Below are positions 27,048-37,118 of a stretch of DNA of 64,000 nt, piece by piece. The stretch's first letter is position 1. Each line of letters begins with the position of its first letter. The position numbers and the translations under genes are program-made. The stretch is from Acidobacteriota bacterium. Lineage in GTDB: Bacteria; Acidobacteriota; UBA6911. The stretch spans positions 6,752,001-6,816,000 of the forward strand of contig OY761556.1 in NCBI GenBank assembly GCA_963664705.1, in the 5' to 3' direction. The notes beneath the pieces are model-generated. The model was not told where the DNA came from and made no database searches. It worked only from the letters and a program-made list of their open reading frames with translations.

Positions 27048-28052
27048 CTAAGTCAGGGCGCGGAAACGAACGATCGAATCGGTCGCCTCGCGCTCGACTT
27101 TTCCCTTGGTCTCGAGCACCTCAAGATTCCCAAGCGCTTCGGACATCATAAGGATCATTTCGAAGCCTTCGCCTCCCAGGAAGAGTTCGCGCATTACCTC
27201 ATAGACGCTCAGGGTCCTGTCGCCAAGAATATCCAGCACCCTTGCCTGGCGACGCACATAAAATGCGTGCAGGGAATCGATGACCTTGAGATGGTGGTTG
27301 AATGGCTCGGCATGTCCCGGGATAACAAGATGAATCGGCAAAGCCCGGATGCGCTCGATGGATTCGAGATAGGTAATAAGAGGTTGGAAGGAGGGAACGG
27401 TCCCGTCGGCCTGGAAATCTATGGTCGGATTGGGGGAGACCCGTTCCAGGAAATGGTCGCCTGAAAAAAGTATCTGGTGGTTGCGCTCATACAAGCAGCA
27501 AAGGCCGCGTGTATGGCCTGGAGTGTGAATTACTTCGAGGTTTACGTGCTTGCATTCAAAGCGCGCGCCGGGCAAGAGCGGAATCACCCTGGCAAGCCTG
27601 CGACCGAGCGAGGGCCTGCGGTTGAGGTTTTCAACCGCGTCCTCCAGTACCTTGGAAGGCATGCCAAGCCATTGCAGGTACCGGCTGTTTTTCCGGAGCA
27701 GCGTGGACCAGTCCGGGCCCGACTGAAGGACTCTGCTTGCATCCGCTTCATGCACGGCTATTGGAATCTCTTTTCCTATCTGCTCCAAAACCCATGCGGC
27801 AGCCCCGAAATGATCGATATGCCCGTGGGACAGAACAATCCGGTTTATCTCCTGCAAGCGGTGCCCCGTGCTGGCAAATCCCTCGGCCAGAGCGCTCTGG
27901 GCCAACTCCGTTCCCAGGCCCGGGTCGAAGAGCAAGACTCCGTCTTTTTCCTCAATAATGCAGGCGTTGACCGGTCCCCCTGCCTGTGCAAACGGGATGG
28001 GAATGGGGATGCGGAAAATGCCCAGTTCGTTTAGTTCTCGTTCGTTCAGCAT
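27048..28052 (-). CDS. MBL-fold metallo-hydrolase
   Basis: SHGHIDHFG, TPGHT, SGDH, PGH. Confidence 0.9.
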   Translation of the reverse strand: MLNERELNELGIFRIPIPIPFAQAGGPVNACIIEEKDGVLLFDPGLGTELAQSALAEGFASTGHRLQEINRIVLSHGHIDHFGAAAWVLEQIGKEIPIAVHEADASRVLQSGPDWSTLLRKNSRYLQWLGMPSKVLEDAVENLNRRPSLGRRLARVIPLLPGARFECKHVNLEVIHTPGHTRGLCCLYERNHQILFSGDHFLERVSPNPTIDFQADGTVPSFQPLITYLESIERIRALPIHLVIPGHAEPFNHHLKVIDSLHAFYVRRQARVLDILGDRTLSVYEVMRELFLGGEGFEMILMMSEALGNLEVLETKGKVEREATDSIVRFRALT

Positions 28053-28092
28053 TCTTTTATAGCCGGGAAATTGAGCGGTTTGATTTTTCAGC

Positions 28093-28434
28093 CTACTGCA
28101 GGAAGCTGTCCATCGCTTTCTTTTCGTCGTCGTGGGCTTCAAAAACAGTTAGCAGTTTAGTAATCATAAGCAGTTCGCGGATTCGAGCGGTCAGGTGCAG
28201 CAGCTTCATCTTTCCACCAGCATTGGCTACCGAAGTGTATGCGCTCAGGAGCGCGCCAACTCCCGAACTGTCAATATAGTCTATCTCCTCAAAATTGAGA
28301 ATGATCTTTTTGGTGCCGGCCTCCAGGGCATCCAATACGGCTTTGCGAATCGCGGTCGTTCCTTCGCCCAGCTTGATCTTGCCGTTGCAGTCCAGAATTC
28401 TGATGTCCCCGATAATGCGCATCTCAATAACCAT
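28093..28434 (-). CDS. STAS-domain anti-sigma-factor antagonist
   Basis: YIDSSGVGAL motif. Confidence 0.9.
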   Translation of the reverse strand: MVIEMRIIGDIRILDCNGKIKLGEGTTAIRKAVLDALEAGTKKIILNFEEIDYIDSSGVGALLSAYTSVANAGGKMKLLHLTARIRELLMITKLLTVFEAHDDEKKAMDSFLQ

Positions 28435-28436
28435 TC

Positions 28437-29207
28437 TTAACCTGCCTCTCCCAGCACTGCCGCTCCGAGTGCACCGGTAATCCAGGGCTCCTCCGGAACG
28501 AGCACCTTCGACTCCAATTCTGCTTCAAGGGTTTGCACCAGGCCAAAATCCTTGGCGCCCCCACCGGTGACGGCGCAATCCGGTACCAGTCCCAACCGTA
28601 TGGTCAGATTCACGATTTTGGCGGACATGGCCTTATGAACGCCGGCCAGGATGTCCGCGGGGCTTGCCCCTTCGGCGATGCGCGATACCGCTTCGGATTC
28701 GGCGAATACCGCACAGCCGGTAGTAAACTGCACCGGATTGGTCGATTGCAGCGACAGGTCTCCGATATCTTCAACTTTCATATGGAGTATTCGCGCAATG
28801 ACCTGCAGGAACTTCCCGCTTCCGCCGGCGCACTTTTCATTCTGCACGAAATTGGCCGGCCGCCCTTCGCTGTCCAGGCGGATGACGCGGCAGAACTGGC
28901 TGCCGATATCGATTACGGTTCGTGCGGAGGGGAAGAAATGCCGAACGCCGGCTGCATGGCAGGAGATGTCCGCAACCGTCCGGTCTGCAAAACCAATGGT
29001 GCCCGCTCCATATCCGGTCGCAATTGTGGCGGAAATATCCGACCGGGAGATCGAGGCCTTTGCGATGGCTTCATCGGATACCCTCCGTGCGGAGTCCGAA
29101 TAACTGCCTCCCGAGGGGCTGGTGGCATAGGCAATGAGCGTTCCGTCCCGCACCACTACAGCCTTCGCAAAGCTCGAGCCCACGTCAATTCCCAGAACAT
29201 GCTTCAT
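28437..29207 (-). CDS. Acyl-CoA dehydratase activase / class I benzoyl-CoA reductase ATPase-type subunit
   Basis: GIDVGSS, ATGYG, NEKCAGGSG, TGCAVFAESE. Confidence 0.9.
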   Translation of the reverse strand: MKHVLGIDVGSSFAKAVVVRDGTLIAYATSPSGGSYSDSARRVSDEAIAKASISRSDISATIATGYGAGTIGFADRTVADISCHAAGVRHFFPSARTVIDIGSQFCRVIRLDSEGRPANFVQNEKCAGGSGKFLQVIARILHMKVEDIGDLSLQSTNPVQFTTGCAVFAESEAVSRIAEGASPADILAGVHKAMSAKIVNLTIRLGLVPDCAVTGGGAKDFGLVQTLEAELESKVLVPEEPWITGALGAAVLGEAG

Positions 29208-29233
29208 TCAACCGACTCCCTGCACGCAAGGCA

Positions 29234-30082
29234 TTATGAGAAAAAGGTCGCCTCTCCCAATTCTCTTGGCTTCCGTGCAATCTCTTTCCCTGCTTTGGCG
29301 GCATTCTCGAATAGTTCCTGTCCGATCAATGCGGCCCCAAGCGCGCCGGTAATCAAGGGCTCTTTCGGAACAAGGACGGGGCTGCCGAACCTGGATTCGA
29401 GGGCTTTCACCAGACCGGCATTCTTGGCGCCGCCGCCGGTGATGGCAATGTCAGGCTTGATCTTCAGCTTGTTAACAAGGCCGTAGACGCGTCCGGCAAT
29501 GGCCTGGTGAATCCCCGCCACGAGATTGGCAACGGATTCTCCCGCGGCGAGCTGCGAAATAACCTCCTGCTCGGCAAAAACCGTGCACATATTACCAATC
29601 ACCGCGGGCTTTGCCGCGCTGAGCGATAGCTCGCCCAATTTATCCAGAGGAACTCCGAGTGCATCCGCGACGATTTCCAGGAAACGGCCGGTTCCGGCGG
29701 CGCACTTGTCATTCATGACAAAATCCACTACTTTGCCGTTCTCGATGCGAATGCCCTTGCTGTCCTGCCCGCCGATGTCGACGATGGTGCGCGCGGTTGG
29801 GAGGATGCTGGCCAGCCCTTTGGCATGGCAGGTGATTTCCGTGACCTGCTTGTCCGCAAATGGTACGTTGATCCTGCCGTAACCCGTCGCGACGATATAG
29901 GCTATATCCTCGAATTCAATGCCCGCCTGCATAATGGCCTGTTCTATTACGCGATTGGCCAGCTTGCGATGCTCGGGCCCGGTCGGTCCGATCAGGCTAT
30001 ATTCATTGCCTTCGCCGACAATGGCTACCTTGGTCATCGTCGAACCGATGTCCACGCCGGCAAAATAGTTGCGATTATTCAT
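29234..30082 (-). CDS. Acyl-CoA dehydratase activase / class I benzoyl-CoA reductase ATPase-type subunit
   Basis: GVDIGSTMTK, ATGYGR, DIGGQDSK, MNDKCAAGTGRF, MCTVFAEQE. Confidence 0.92.
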   Translation of the reverse strand: MNNRNYFAGVDIGSTMTKVAIVGEGNEYSLIGPTGPEHRKLANRVIEQAIMQAGIEFEDIAYIVATGYGRINVPFADKQVTEITCHAKGLASILPTARTIVDIGGQDSKGIRIENGKVVDFVMNDKCAAGTGRFLEIVADALGVPLDKLGELSLSAAKPAVIGNMCTVFAEQEVISQLAAGESVANLVAGIHQAIAGRVYGLVNKLKIKPDIAITGGGAKNAGLVKALESRFGSPVLVPKEPLITGALGAALIGQELFENAAKAGKEIARKPRELGEATFFS

Positions 30083-30153
30083 AGTCAGATTTGAAGCAAT
30101 CCCCGGTATCCGATTGCGGGCTGAGCTTCAGTCCGCAATCAGATACCTCCAGG

Positions 30154-31473
30154 CTATTTCTTTCTTGCGGCCAGTGTCTCGATGAACGCATCAATGCGGT
30201 TATGCGTGTCGACCTCGTTATAGGAGCTGATATCGACGATATCCCCCTCCATGATGAGCGTGGGGACATCTCCGTAAACTTTGTTTAACACCTGCGCCTG
30301 CTGTGCGATTCCTGCATGCCAGCTGCGGCAGGAGAATGCGGAATGGAATACGACGCCGTCGCATTGGTAGTCTTCCATATATTCAATGATCCGCTCGACC
30401 TTGGGCAATGAGCCGGCGCGTTTGCGCGCTCTGTCGTACCAGCGGGTCCACAGCCGCACCCACCTCCAGGCAATGTGTTCCAGCGGGTCGCTGGTTTTGG
30501 GCAAATCCAGCCTCTCGATTTTTTCGGCGTTGCGATAGGTTACCTCGGCCGGAAAAACCGCGCCTTTGTCATTGAAGTACTGAAAATCGCCCAATGCGAA
30601 CCACGAGGGCAAGCCTGCGCCCCATACGAGGCGGTATTTTTCATTTTCGGCCACGCCTTTTTTCTCCGCGACTTTCTGCAGGAGTTCCGCATAGAGTTCC
30701 TTGTAAAAATCGTGGGCTTCCTGCGTGCCGAGGTTGAAGGTCAGCGGCACCATGGTGTTCATGGCATCGCCCGTGTCCATGGGCGTGGGAACGGCCTTGC
30801 GCAATTCGTAGCAATCGATAAACAGATCCCACGTGCGGTCCGTAAGCTCGACCAGTGCCGCCAGCCTGTCCCAGTCCATTTTCCTGCCGGTGTGTTTTTC
30901 GCAAAAATGCACCAGGTCCCGGAGTTGCGAGGTCGCATATTTGACGTAAAGCTGCTCCTGGTCCCGGTGATCGCTGGTAGGGTCATAGGGCGGATAATAC
31001 ATCGTTCCCATCCAGACCGGGACATCCTGCATATAATGCTGCGTAGCCTGGGGCCACTTGATCCTGGGATCGCACAACTGCTGGGCGCTGCCGATCATCA
31101 TGTCAGGCCTGCCCATCCCGCCCCACGGAGTGTCCGGGGGAATCTGTCCCAACTCCTCGCGCAGGATATCGAAGCCGATGGTGCAGGTTGCATAGGTGCA
31201 AAGGGATCTGGAAAAGTTTTCCGCCTCGGCCTTCTGGAGGAATTTCTCCGCATCGCGTTTGGCGGAACAGACACCGGCAAAGTTCTCTCCCCATGCGGGA
31301 ACTATATCCATTGCCCGGATGATCTCATCCTGCGCGTTGTTGATATACATGTAGGCGACTTTCTTGCCTTCCTCTTTTGCCTTCAATGAAGCGGCCAGGT
31401 TTGCCCGGCCGAACTTTCCGGCCTTGCCCGCCGACTGTGTCGCCAGTGCTCTTGGTTTCCTGATTTCAGCCAT
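30154..31473 (-). CDS. 2-hydroxyacyl-CoA dehydratase alpha / BcrB-BzdO-like subunit
   Basis: SLCTYA, LCDPR.KW, DGVVFHSAFSCR, EGDIVD, RIDAFIE. Confidence 0.88.
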   Translation of the reverse strand: MAEIRKPRALATQSAGKAGKFGRANLAASLKAKEEGKKVAYMYINNAQDEIIRAMDIVPAWGENFAGVCSAKRDAEKFLQKAEAENFSRSLCTYATCTIGFDILREELGQIPPDTPWGGMGRPDMMIGSAQQLCDPRIKWPQATQHYMQDVPVWMGTMYYPPYDPTSDHRDQEQLYVKYATSQLRDLVHFCEKHTGRKMDWDRLAALVELTDRTWDLFIDCYELRKAVPTPMDTGDAMNTMVPLTFNLGTQEAHDFYKELYAELLQKVAEKKGVAENEKYRLVWGAGLPSWFALGDFQYFNDKGAVFPAEVTYRNAEKIERLDLPKTSDPLEHIAWRWVRLWTRWYDRARKRAGSLPKVERIIEYMEDYQCDGVVFHSAFSCRSWHAGIAQQAQVLNKVYGDVPTLIMEGDIVDISSYNEVDTHNRIDAFIETLAARKK

Positions 31474-31485
31474 ATGTCTCCCCTG

Positions 31486-32643
31486 TTATGCAATCATTTC
31501 CAGGAATGCTTCAATTCTGGTCTTCACCCGGCCGAGGCTGGATGTACTGTATTCGTCCTCGATGTACAGCACCGGCGTTCCAACGGATTCGATGAAACTC
31601 TTCATCGCGGGAACTTCAAACCCGTAGGGGTCGCAATATTTATAAATGAACAGAATCGCTCCGGTGACGTTGAATTCCTTGATGTACTGCCGCATGTGAC
31701 CGAAGCGGGCTTCGAGGTTTTCGGCGTAGTTGTTTCCATCTGCAACAAAAGTCGTGGGGAATTTCAGCTTCTTCAGGTAACGCTCCGAGATCCCTTGTAC
31801 GGGATCCGGGGTGACATCCACGTCGCCCCAGTACATTTTGCTTCCAATGGAGAGATCATCCATGACCAGGTATGCATCGGCGCCTTCAATGGCATTGACA
31901 ATGGCCACGTCATCGATTTGATCGCCTACCAGCATGATTCTTGCGGATCTTCCGTCCTGCTTTGCCGGACGTTGACTTACTTCCGCGATGACACTTCGGA
32001 TTAATGCCGTGGATTCGTCGACAGGAAGACTCATGGCCGCGACCTGGACCATCATCATTTCCGCGCCCGATATGCGGGGAGCATCATCCTTTCGAAGGCT
32101 GTAGAGATCCCGCATTGCCTGCCGATTCTGGTTATGTTTATGGATGGATTCCGCAAGAGTCTGGTCGCTGATCCTGTTTCCGGTGAATTTTTCAAGGCTT
32201 TGAATGAACAGCCGAAGGATATCATTCGTGAATTCGATCGATGGATCGTCTGTTACATGAGGGTAGTTTATAAAGTGCCAGTATTGGTAGCCCGCATCCT
32301 GACTCCAGACATCAAAGGTCCTATCGATGCTGTCGCACTGATGCGATAAAACCATCCCATCGAGAAACGAGTATTTTCCTTTCAGTGCTGTGTCGAATGT
32401 ATTCCGGACGAAAGGGCATACCATGGTTTCCATGTAGGCATCCGCTTTTGTGACCGGTTCCGATACATTGCCCTTCAGCCTGAGCGGAACTACCCCTGAC
32501 GCGGTAAGGATTTCGACCGGGCAGAGCGCCGACAGATATCCGAGGACCTTCCTGCCGGATTCCTTCAATTCGCGAGCTCTCAACCCGTAGTTGGAGTAGT
32601 ATTGCTCTGCTTTTGCCATTCCGCTTAAATGACTGTCTGCCAT
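31486..32643 (-). CDS. 2-hydroxyacyl-CoA dehydratase beta / BcrC-BzdN-like subunit
   Basis: GY...PVEILTASG, VCPFVR, HQCDS, KYCDPYGFE, KTRIEAFLEMI. RBS GAGGTG before ATG 32643. Confidence 0.88.
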   Translation of the reverse strand: MADSHLSGMAKAEQYYSNYGLRARELKESGRKVLGYLSALCPVEILTASGVVPLRLKGNVSEPVTKADAYMETMVCPFVRNTFDTALKGKYSFLDGMVLSHQCDSIDRTFDVWSQDAGYQYWHFINYPHVTDDPSIEFTNDILRLFIQSLEKFTGNRISDQTLAESIHKHNQNRQAMRDLYSLRKDDAPRISGAEMMMVQVAAMSLPVDESTALIRSVIAEVSQRPAKQDGRSARIMLVGDQIDDVAIVNAIEGADAYLVMDDLSIGSKMYWGDVDVTPDPVQGISERYLKKLKFPTTFVADGNNYAENLEARFGHMRQYIKEFNVTGAILFIYKYCDPYGFEVPAMKSFIESVGTPVLYIEDEYSTSSLGRVKTRIEAFLEMIA

Positions 32644-33003
32644 CATCGCACCTCGCTGCTGATAAGTAATTCGCTTTATCGTGCCGGAAGCGACGAGAAT
32701 AACACAAATGTTTGAATCCCGGGTATAAACAGTAAGCACAACCGGCATGTGTCACCGTGGGGCTGCTGAAGCAATAATGGCCTCGAATCTGCCACGAATT
32801 TCATGCAACCCGCAGTTTGGGCCGGGTTTCCTGACTCTTCCGGCATTTCAAGCCTTGGAGCCTTAAAGATCGCGGCCATATAATGGGAAAAGCATCACGG
32901 TGCTTCCCGATCTCTCATTCTGCTAAATAGATATTTCCGTGATGGATAGCACTCATTTTTGCCGAAATGTCTGAGAGGATCATGGTGTATGCGCCGAGGG
33001 ATC

Positions 33004-36000
33004 ATGGCCAAGAGGACTAAGGCAATCATTCTGGCTTTTCTGCTGCTGGGGACCGCGGCTGCTCTGCTGGTCTTTCGTGCGGAAAAGATCAGGGATCATT
33101 CTCAGCCGCAATCGCTGATCAGCATTCGCCGTTCAAACCTAACCTCCCTGATTGTCTATGATGGTCCCGACGAAGATAAATCCGAACTCATGACCTCGCG
33201 GTACATCGCGAATCTGCTGGGGCACTTTGGGATTAAGGCTGAAATAGTGGCCGCTACCCAATATGTTGCCGGGCAGGCCGGTTCCTTCAGCGCCACCTTT
33301 GTCATTGGTTCCGAGTACTACGGGGCCATGCCCGAGGTGCTGATTCAGGATATTGCCGCTTCCAGCAAGCCGGTGTGTTGGATCAATCGGAATATCGAGC
33401 AGCTGCTGGCTCTGCCGGGGATGAGAGAGAAGCTGGGTTTCCGTTTCGACGACTATGTGGAACTCGATGGGCCTGTCTCGGTGGCTTTCAAAGGGAAACT
33501 GCTGCCCAAAACGGAAGGGCTGATCAACCTTGTTTCCGTGCAGGATCGATCGAAAGCAGAAGTGCTGGCCGTTGCCCGGGCTTCGGATCAGTCCACTCCC
33601 TATGCCATCAAATCCGGCCAATTCTGGTATTTTGCAGACTCGATTTTTTCCTATACCGTGGAAGCCGACCGGTATCTGGTTTTTGCCGATGTTCTACATG
33701 ATATCCTGGGGCAGCCGCATAACGAGTCGCGATATGCTTTGGTACGGATCGAGGATGTGAATCCCGAGAGTTCCCCTGATCAGCTGCGTGGTGTCGCGGA
33801 TGTGCTGGCCTCCAGGCACATTCCTTTCCAGGTTTCGCTTATTCCTATTTACAAGAATCCGTCCCGCCGCGTGGAGACCTATCTCTCGGACCGGCCCCAG
33901 GTTGTTGAAGCGCTCCAATACATGGTGTCAAAGGGCGGCGCGATCATCCTGCATGGTGTGACCCACCAACTGCATGGCAATACCAGCGACGACTTCGAAT
34001 TCTGGGATTCGCTGGCGGATAAGCCCTCGCGCGACAGTTCGGGCGCCTCAATACTGCAGAAGCTGGAATTGGGAATGGACGAATGCTTTCGCGCGGGCCT
34101 GTTTCCGATTGCCTGGGAAACGCCACATTATGCGGCGTCGACGGTGCACTATCAGTCATTCCGCCAATTCTTCAGCCATGCCTATGACCGCAGGCTGGCG
34201 GCTGATAACAGGATGACCTTGCAGGAACTCCCGTATGAAACTGTGGATATCTATGGCCAGGCGATCATTCCGGAAAACCTCGGCTATGTGAATCTCGAGG
34301 CGCCCGACGCGACGGCCATTGTCGACGGAGCGGAGAGGATGCTGTGTGTGCGCGACGCGATTCCCTCGTTTTTCTTTCATCCATTTGTATCCACCGCGTA
34401 TCTCAAGACGGCCCTGGATGGAATCGTGCGGCAGGGATTTCGGTTTATTTCCGCGGAGGATTTCGGGTGCCGCGTCGCGGTCAACAATTATCTGGTCAGT
34501 ACCGTTCCCGGAACCTTCTCGCTTCCGGCCAATCAACCTTTCGCCCGCGTGGTCACCATTGATGCGAAAGGACAAACATCCGAAAAATATGAGCGCGTGA
34601 CGAAGGGGAAGGTTGTCGAAAGAAAAATCTCTCCGCCGCCCGGAGGACTCATTGCCATTCAGGATGTTCCGAAAGTGCCCGGACCCAAACCTCAGCCTTC
34701 TCTTGCGACTCGGTTGATGGCCTGGTGGAGCAATACCGATATCGAGTCGGTTCCCACGCCGCAACAGATCGCCAGGCGGGCAATGCTCCTGGTGGATTCC
34801 GGGTCCGGACTGGAACCCCGGGATACTCAAAGCTTTGAATCTTTTCTGCGCGTTTACGGGATCCGGTTTGAGCGCGTGTCGATAGCCGAATTCGAAAAAC
34901 AGGAACTGGGCGAGGACTGTGTTGTTTTTGTTCCGAACAGCATTGCCGGGATGCTCTCGAAGACAGGCCGGGAAAAATTGACAGGGTGGCTGCATGGTGG
35001 CGGGAGACTCGTGCTTGAAGGACGGAGTCGCCTTGCCGAGGAGATGGGGTTCAGCTACGAAAGACGGAAGCTGAATCTTGCAGATACAAAGGATGCGCTT
35101 TATCCCGATGTGGACATACATTGGAATCGCGTTGTTTCGATGGATCGATTTGAGCCGCCCCTGGTTTCGACAACGCTGGTGGAGGATAGCGAGAGCGGCA
35201 GGCCGGTTGCGGTGGCCTCCCGATATGGCGATGGACTGCTGATTTATCTTGGGGCGGAAATGGATCCGGAAACAGGGATGGGATACACCCGATACCCATA
35301 CCTCTTTCACCACCTGCGCAACCGAATGCGGCTGCTCTCGCCGGTTACGGCCAATGGAGTGGAATTCTACTTTGATCCCGGGTACCGTCAGCAGGCCCCT
35401 CTTGAAAAACTCATTACCTCGTGGCACGCGGATGGGATTCGAGCTGTTTATGCGGCCGCCTGGCATACTTACCCGAAATGGGAATACGACTATGACCTGT
35501 TGATTCGCCTGTGTCATGAACGCGGGATCGCCGTGTATGCATGGCTCGAATTGCCGCAGGTATCGGATCAAATGTGGCTGGCGCACCCGGAATGGCGTGA
35601 AAAGACGGTTACCGGCAAAGATGGGCAGGTGGGCTGGCGCAAGCAGATGAACCTTGCAAATAAAAAATGCCGGGCGGCAACGCTTGCCTTCATTGAGAAT
35701 TTGCTCGCGAAACATGATTGGGACGGTGTGAACATTGCAGAGGTGTCGTTTGACACCCGCGACGGACTTTTGGATCCTGATGGTTACGTGCCGATGAACA
35801 GGGATGTCCGGGATGAATTCCAGGCTCAATCCGGATTTGATCCAATTCTGCTTTTCGATAAGAGATCGGCATTTTCCTGGCAGAAGAACAATAAAGCGCT
35901 CGATCAATGGCAGCGATATCGAACACAGCTTTTGAGGCAATGGCTTGTCGATATCCTCGACCGCGTAAAAAGGGTTCGTGCCAGGCACAGTCTTGACTGC

Positions 36001-37092
36001 ATAGTTACATCCCTCGACAGCCTCCATACGCCTCGGATTACCGAGAAGACCGGTGCCGATACGCGCGATGTAGTGGCACTCATGGATTCCTTTGATTTTA
36101 CGCTGCAGATTGAAGATCCGATTGAAACCTGGGGAGCGTCCCCGAACCGCTACGACCGGTTTGCCGCAACCTATCGAAAACTGGTGAAGGATCCGCAGCG
36201 CCTGATGTTCGACATCAATGTCGTAACCGATCGGGAGAACGGGTTGGCTCCGACAAAACTGCCGGTAGGAACCGAAGTGGCTCTGGCGGTCTATTCGGCC
36301 GCGCAGGCAGGGAATGGAAGAGTTGCGGTTTATAGCGAGGCATCCCTGCAGCCCGAAGATCGGTCGCTTTTACAGTTCGTGCTGGGCAGTGCTGCCGACC
36401 TTTCCCTGAGACAGCAGGAAGCAATGGGCAAGGGGAGCACGGAGCGGCCATCGGTGGGAATCGCCGCGGAAAAGACGGTGCGTCTGTCGTTGGTGAATGA
36501 TGCCGGCGCGGACACACTCTATCTTGGGCCTGCCGGCGATTCCTCAAAAACCGGGACCAGCCTGGTGCGGGACCGCGAGAGCATGCTGTTGCTTGACGAT
36601 GAACCCTGGCAGTGTGGGAGGGAAGGTGAGGTTCTCATCCCTGCAGGTAAGCATGTTCTTGCCACGACAAAGCGTGACCGCGGGCTCGTGGATCAATTCG
36701 GGCTTGGGTTGTGGGTAAAAGATATCACGGCGGAGGTGGCCGGAGTTTCCCGGACCAACCTGGGAATCGCAATCGACTATGCGTCGCCCAGGAGAGCCTG
36801 GGCTGTCCTTACGCGTGAGCCGAATGCCGTGTACCTGGACGGGAAGCAACAGGCGAATCCGACCATCAACCGATATGGCAGTGAATTCCTCGTCCAGATC
36901 CCGTCGGGAAAGCACGTTGTTGAGATCAATGACGAGACGACGGCTTCCGTTGTCGTGGATGTGGCAAGTGCCGTTTCAGCGAAATCAGCAGTCTGGCTGG
37001 GTGGAAAGTTCGTTTTGTTCCTGGGAATTCTGTACGCGGTTGTGCGTACGCGACGCCTGATTCTGGTGCTGGCGGGCAAAGCAGGCCGTTAG
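33004..37092 (+). CDS. Large membrane-anchored DUF2334 polysaccharide-deacetylase-like protein fused to a glycoside-hydrolase-like TIM barrel
   Basis: VRIEDVNP, LHGVTHQ, WETPHY, SFFFHP (DUF2334/YdaL-like). LIRLCHERGIAVYAW..HPEW..DWDGVNIAE (GHL10-like). N- and C-terminal hydrophobic segments. Confidence 0.8.
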   Translation: MAKRTKAIILAFLLLGTAAALLVFRAEKIRDHSQPQSLISIRRSNLTSLIVYDGPDEDKSELMTSRYIANLLGHFGIKAEIVAATQYVAGQAGSFSATFVIGSEYYGAMPEVLIQDIAASSKPVCWINRNIEQLLALPGMREKLGFRFDDYVELDGPVSVAFKGKLLPKTEGLINLVSVQDRSKAEVLAVARASDQSTPYAIKSGQFWYFADSIFSYTVEADRYLVFADVLHDILGQPHNESRYALVRIEDVNPESSPDQLRGVADVLASRHIPFQVSLIPIYKNPSRRVETYLSDRPQVVEALQYMVSKGGAIILHGVTHQLHGNTSDDFEFWDSLADKPSRDSSGASILQKLELGMDECFRAGLFPIAWETPHYAASTVHYQSFRQFFSHAYDRRLAADNRMTLQELPYETVDIYGQAIIPENLGYVNLEAPDATAIVDGAERMLCVRDAIPSFFFHPFVSTAYLKTALDGIVRQGFRFISAEDFGCRVAVNNYLVSTVPGTFSLPANQPFARVVTIDAKGQTSEKYERVTKGKVVERKISPPPGGLIAIQDVPKVPGPKPQPSLATRLMAWWSNTDIESVPTPQQIARRAMLLVDSGSGLEPRDTQSFESFLRVYGIRFERVSIAEFEKQELGEDCVVFVPNSIAGMLSKTGREKLTGWLHGGGRLVLEGRSRLAEEMGFSYERRKLNLADTKDALYPDVDIHWNRVVSMDRFEPPLVSTTLVEDSESGRPVAVASRYGDGLLIYLGAEMDPETGMGYTRYPYLFHHLRNRMRLLSPVTANGVEFYFDPGYRQQAPLEKLITSWHADGIRAVYAAAWHTYPKWEYDYDLLIRLCHERGIAVYAWLELPQVSDQMWLAHPEWREKTVTGKDGQVGWRKQMNLANKKCRAATLAFIENLLAKHDWDGVNIAEVSFDTRDGLLDPDGYVPMNRDVRDEFQAQSGFDPILLFDKRSAFSWQKNNKALDQWQRYRTQLLRQWLVDILDRVKRVRARHSLDCIVTSLDSLHTPRITEKTGADTRDVVALMDSFDFTLQIEDPIETWGASPNRYDRFAATYRKLVKDPQRLMFDINVVTDRENGLAPTKLPVGTEVALAVYSAAQAGNGRVAVYSEASLQPEDRSLLQFVLGSAADLSLRQQEAMGKGSTERPSVGIAAEKTVRLSLVNDAGADTLYLGPAGDSSKTGTSLVRDRESMLLLDDEPWQCGREGEVLIPAGKHVLATTKRDRGLVDQFGLGLWVKDITAEVAGVSRTNLGIAIDYASPRRAWAVLTREPNAVYLDGKQQANPTINRYGSEFLVQIPSGKHVVEINDETTASVVVDVASAVSAKSAVWLGGKFVLFLGILYAVVRTRRLILVLAGKAGR

Positions 37093-37118
37093 GTTTCCCA
37101 GCCCTGCAGGCGCATTCA

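Noticed and set aside
34156-36027. 623-aa minus-strand ORF
   Set aside because: Antisense shadow of the DUF2334 fusion gene.
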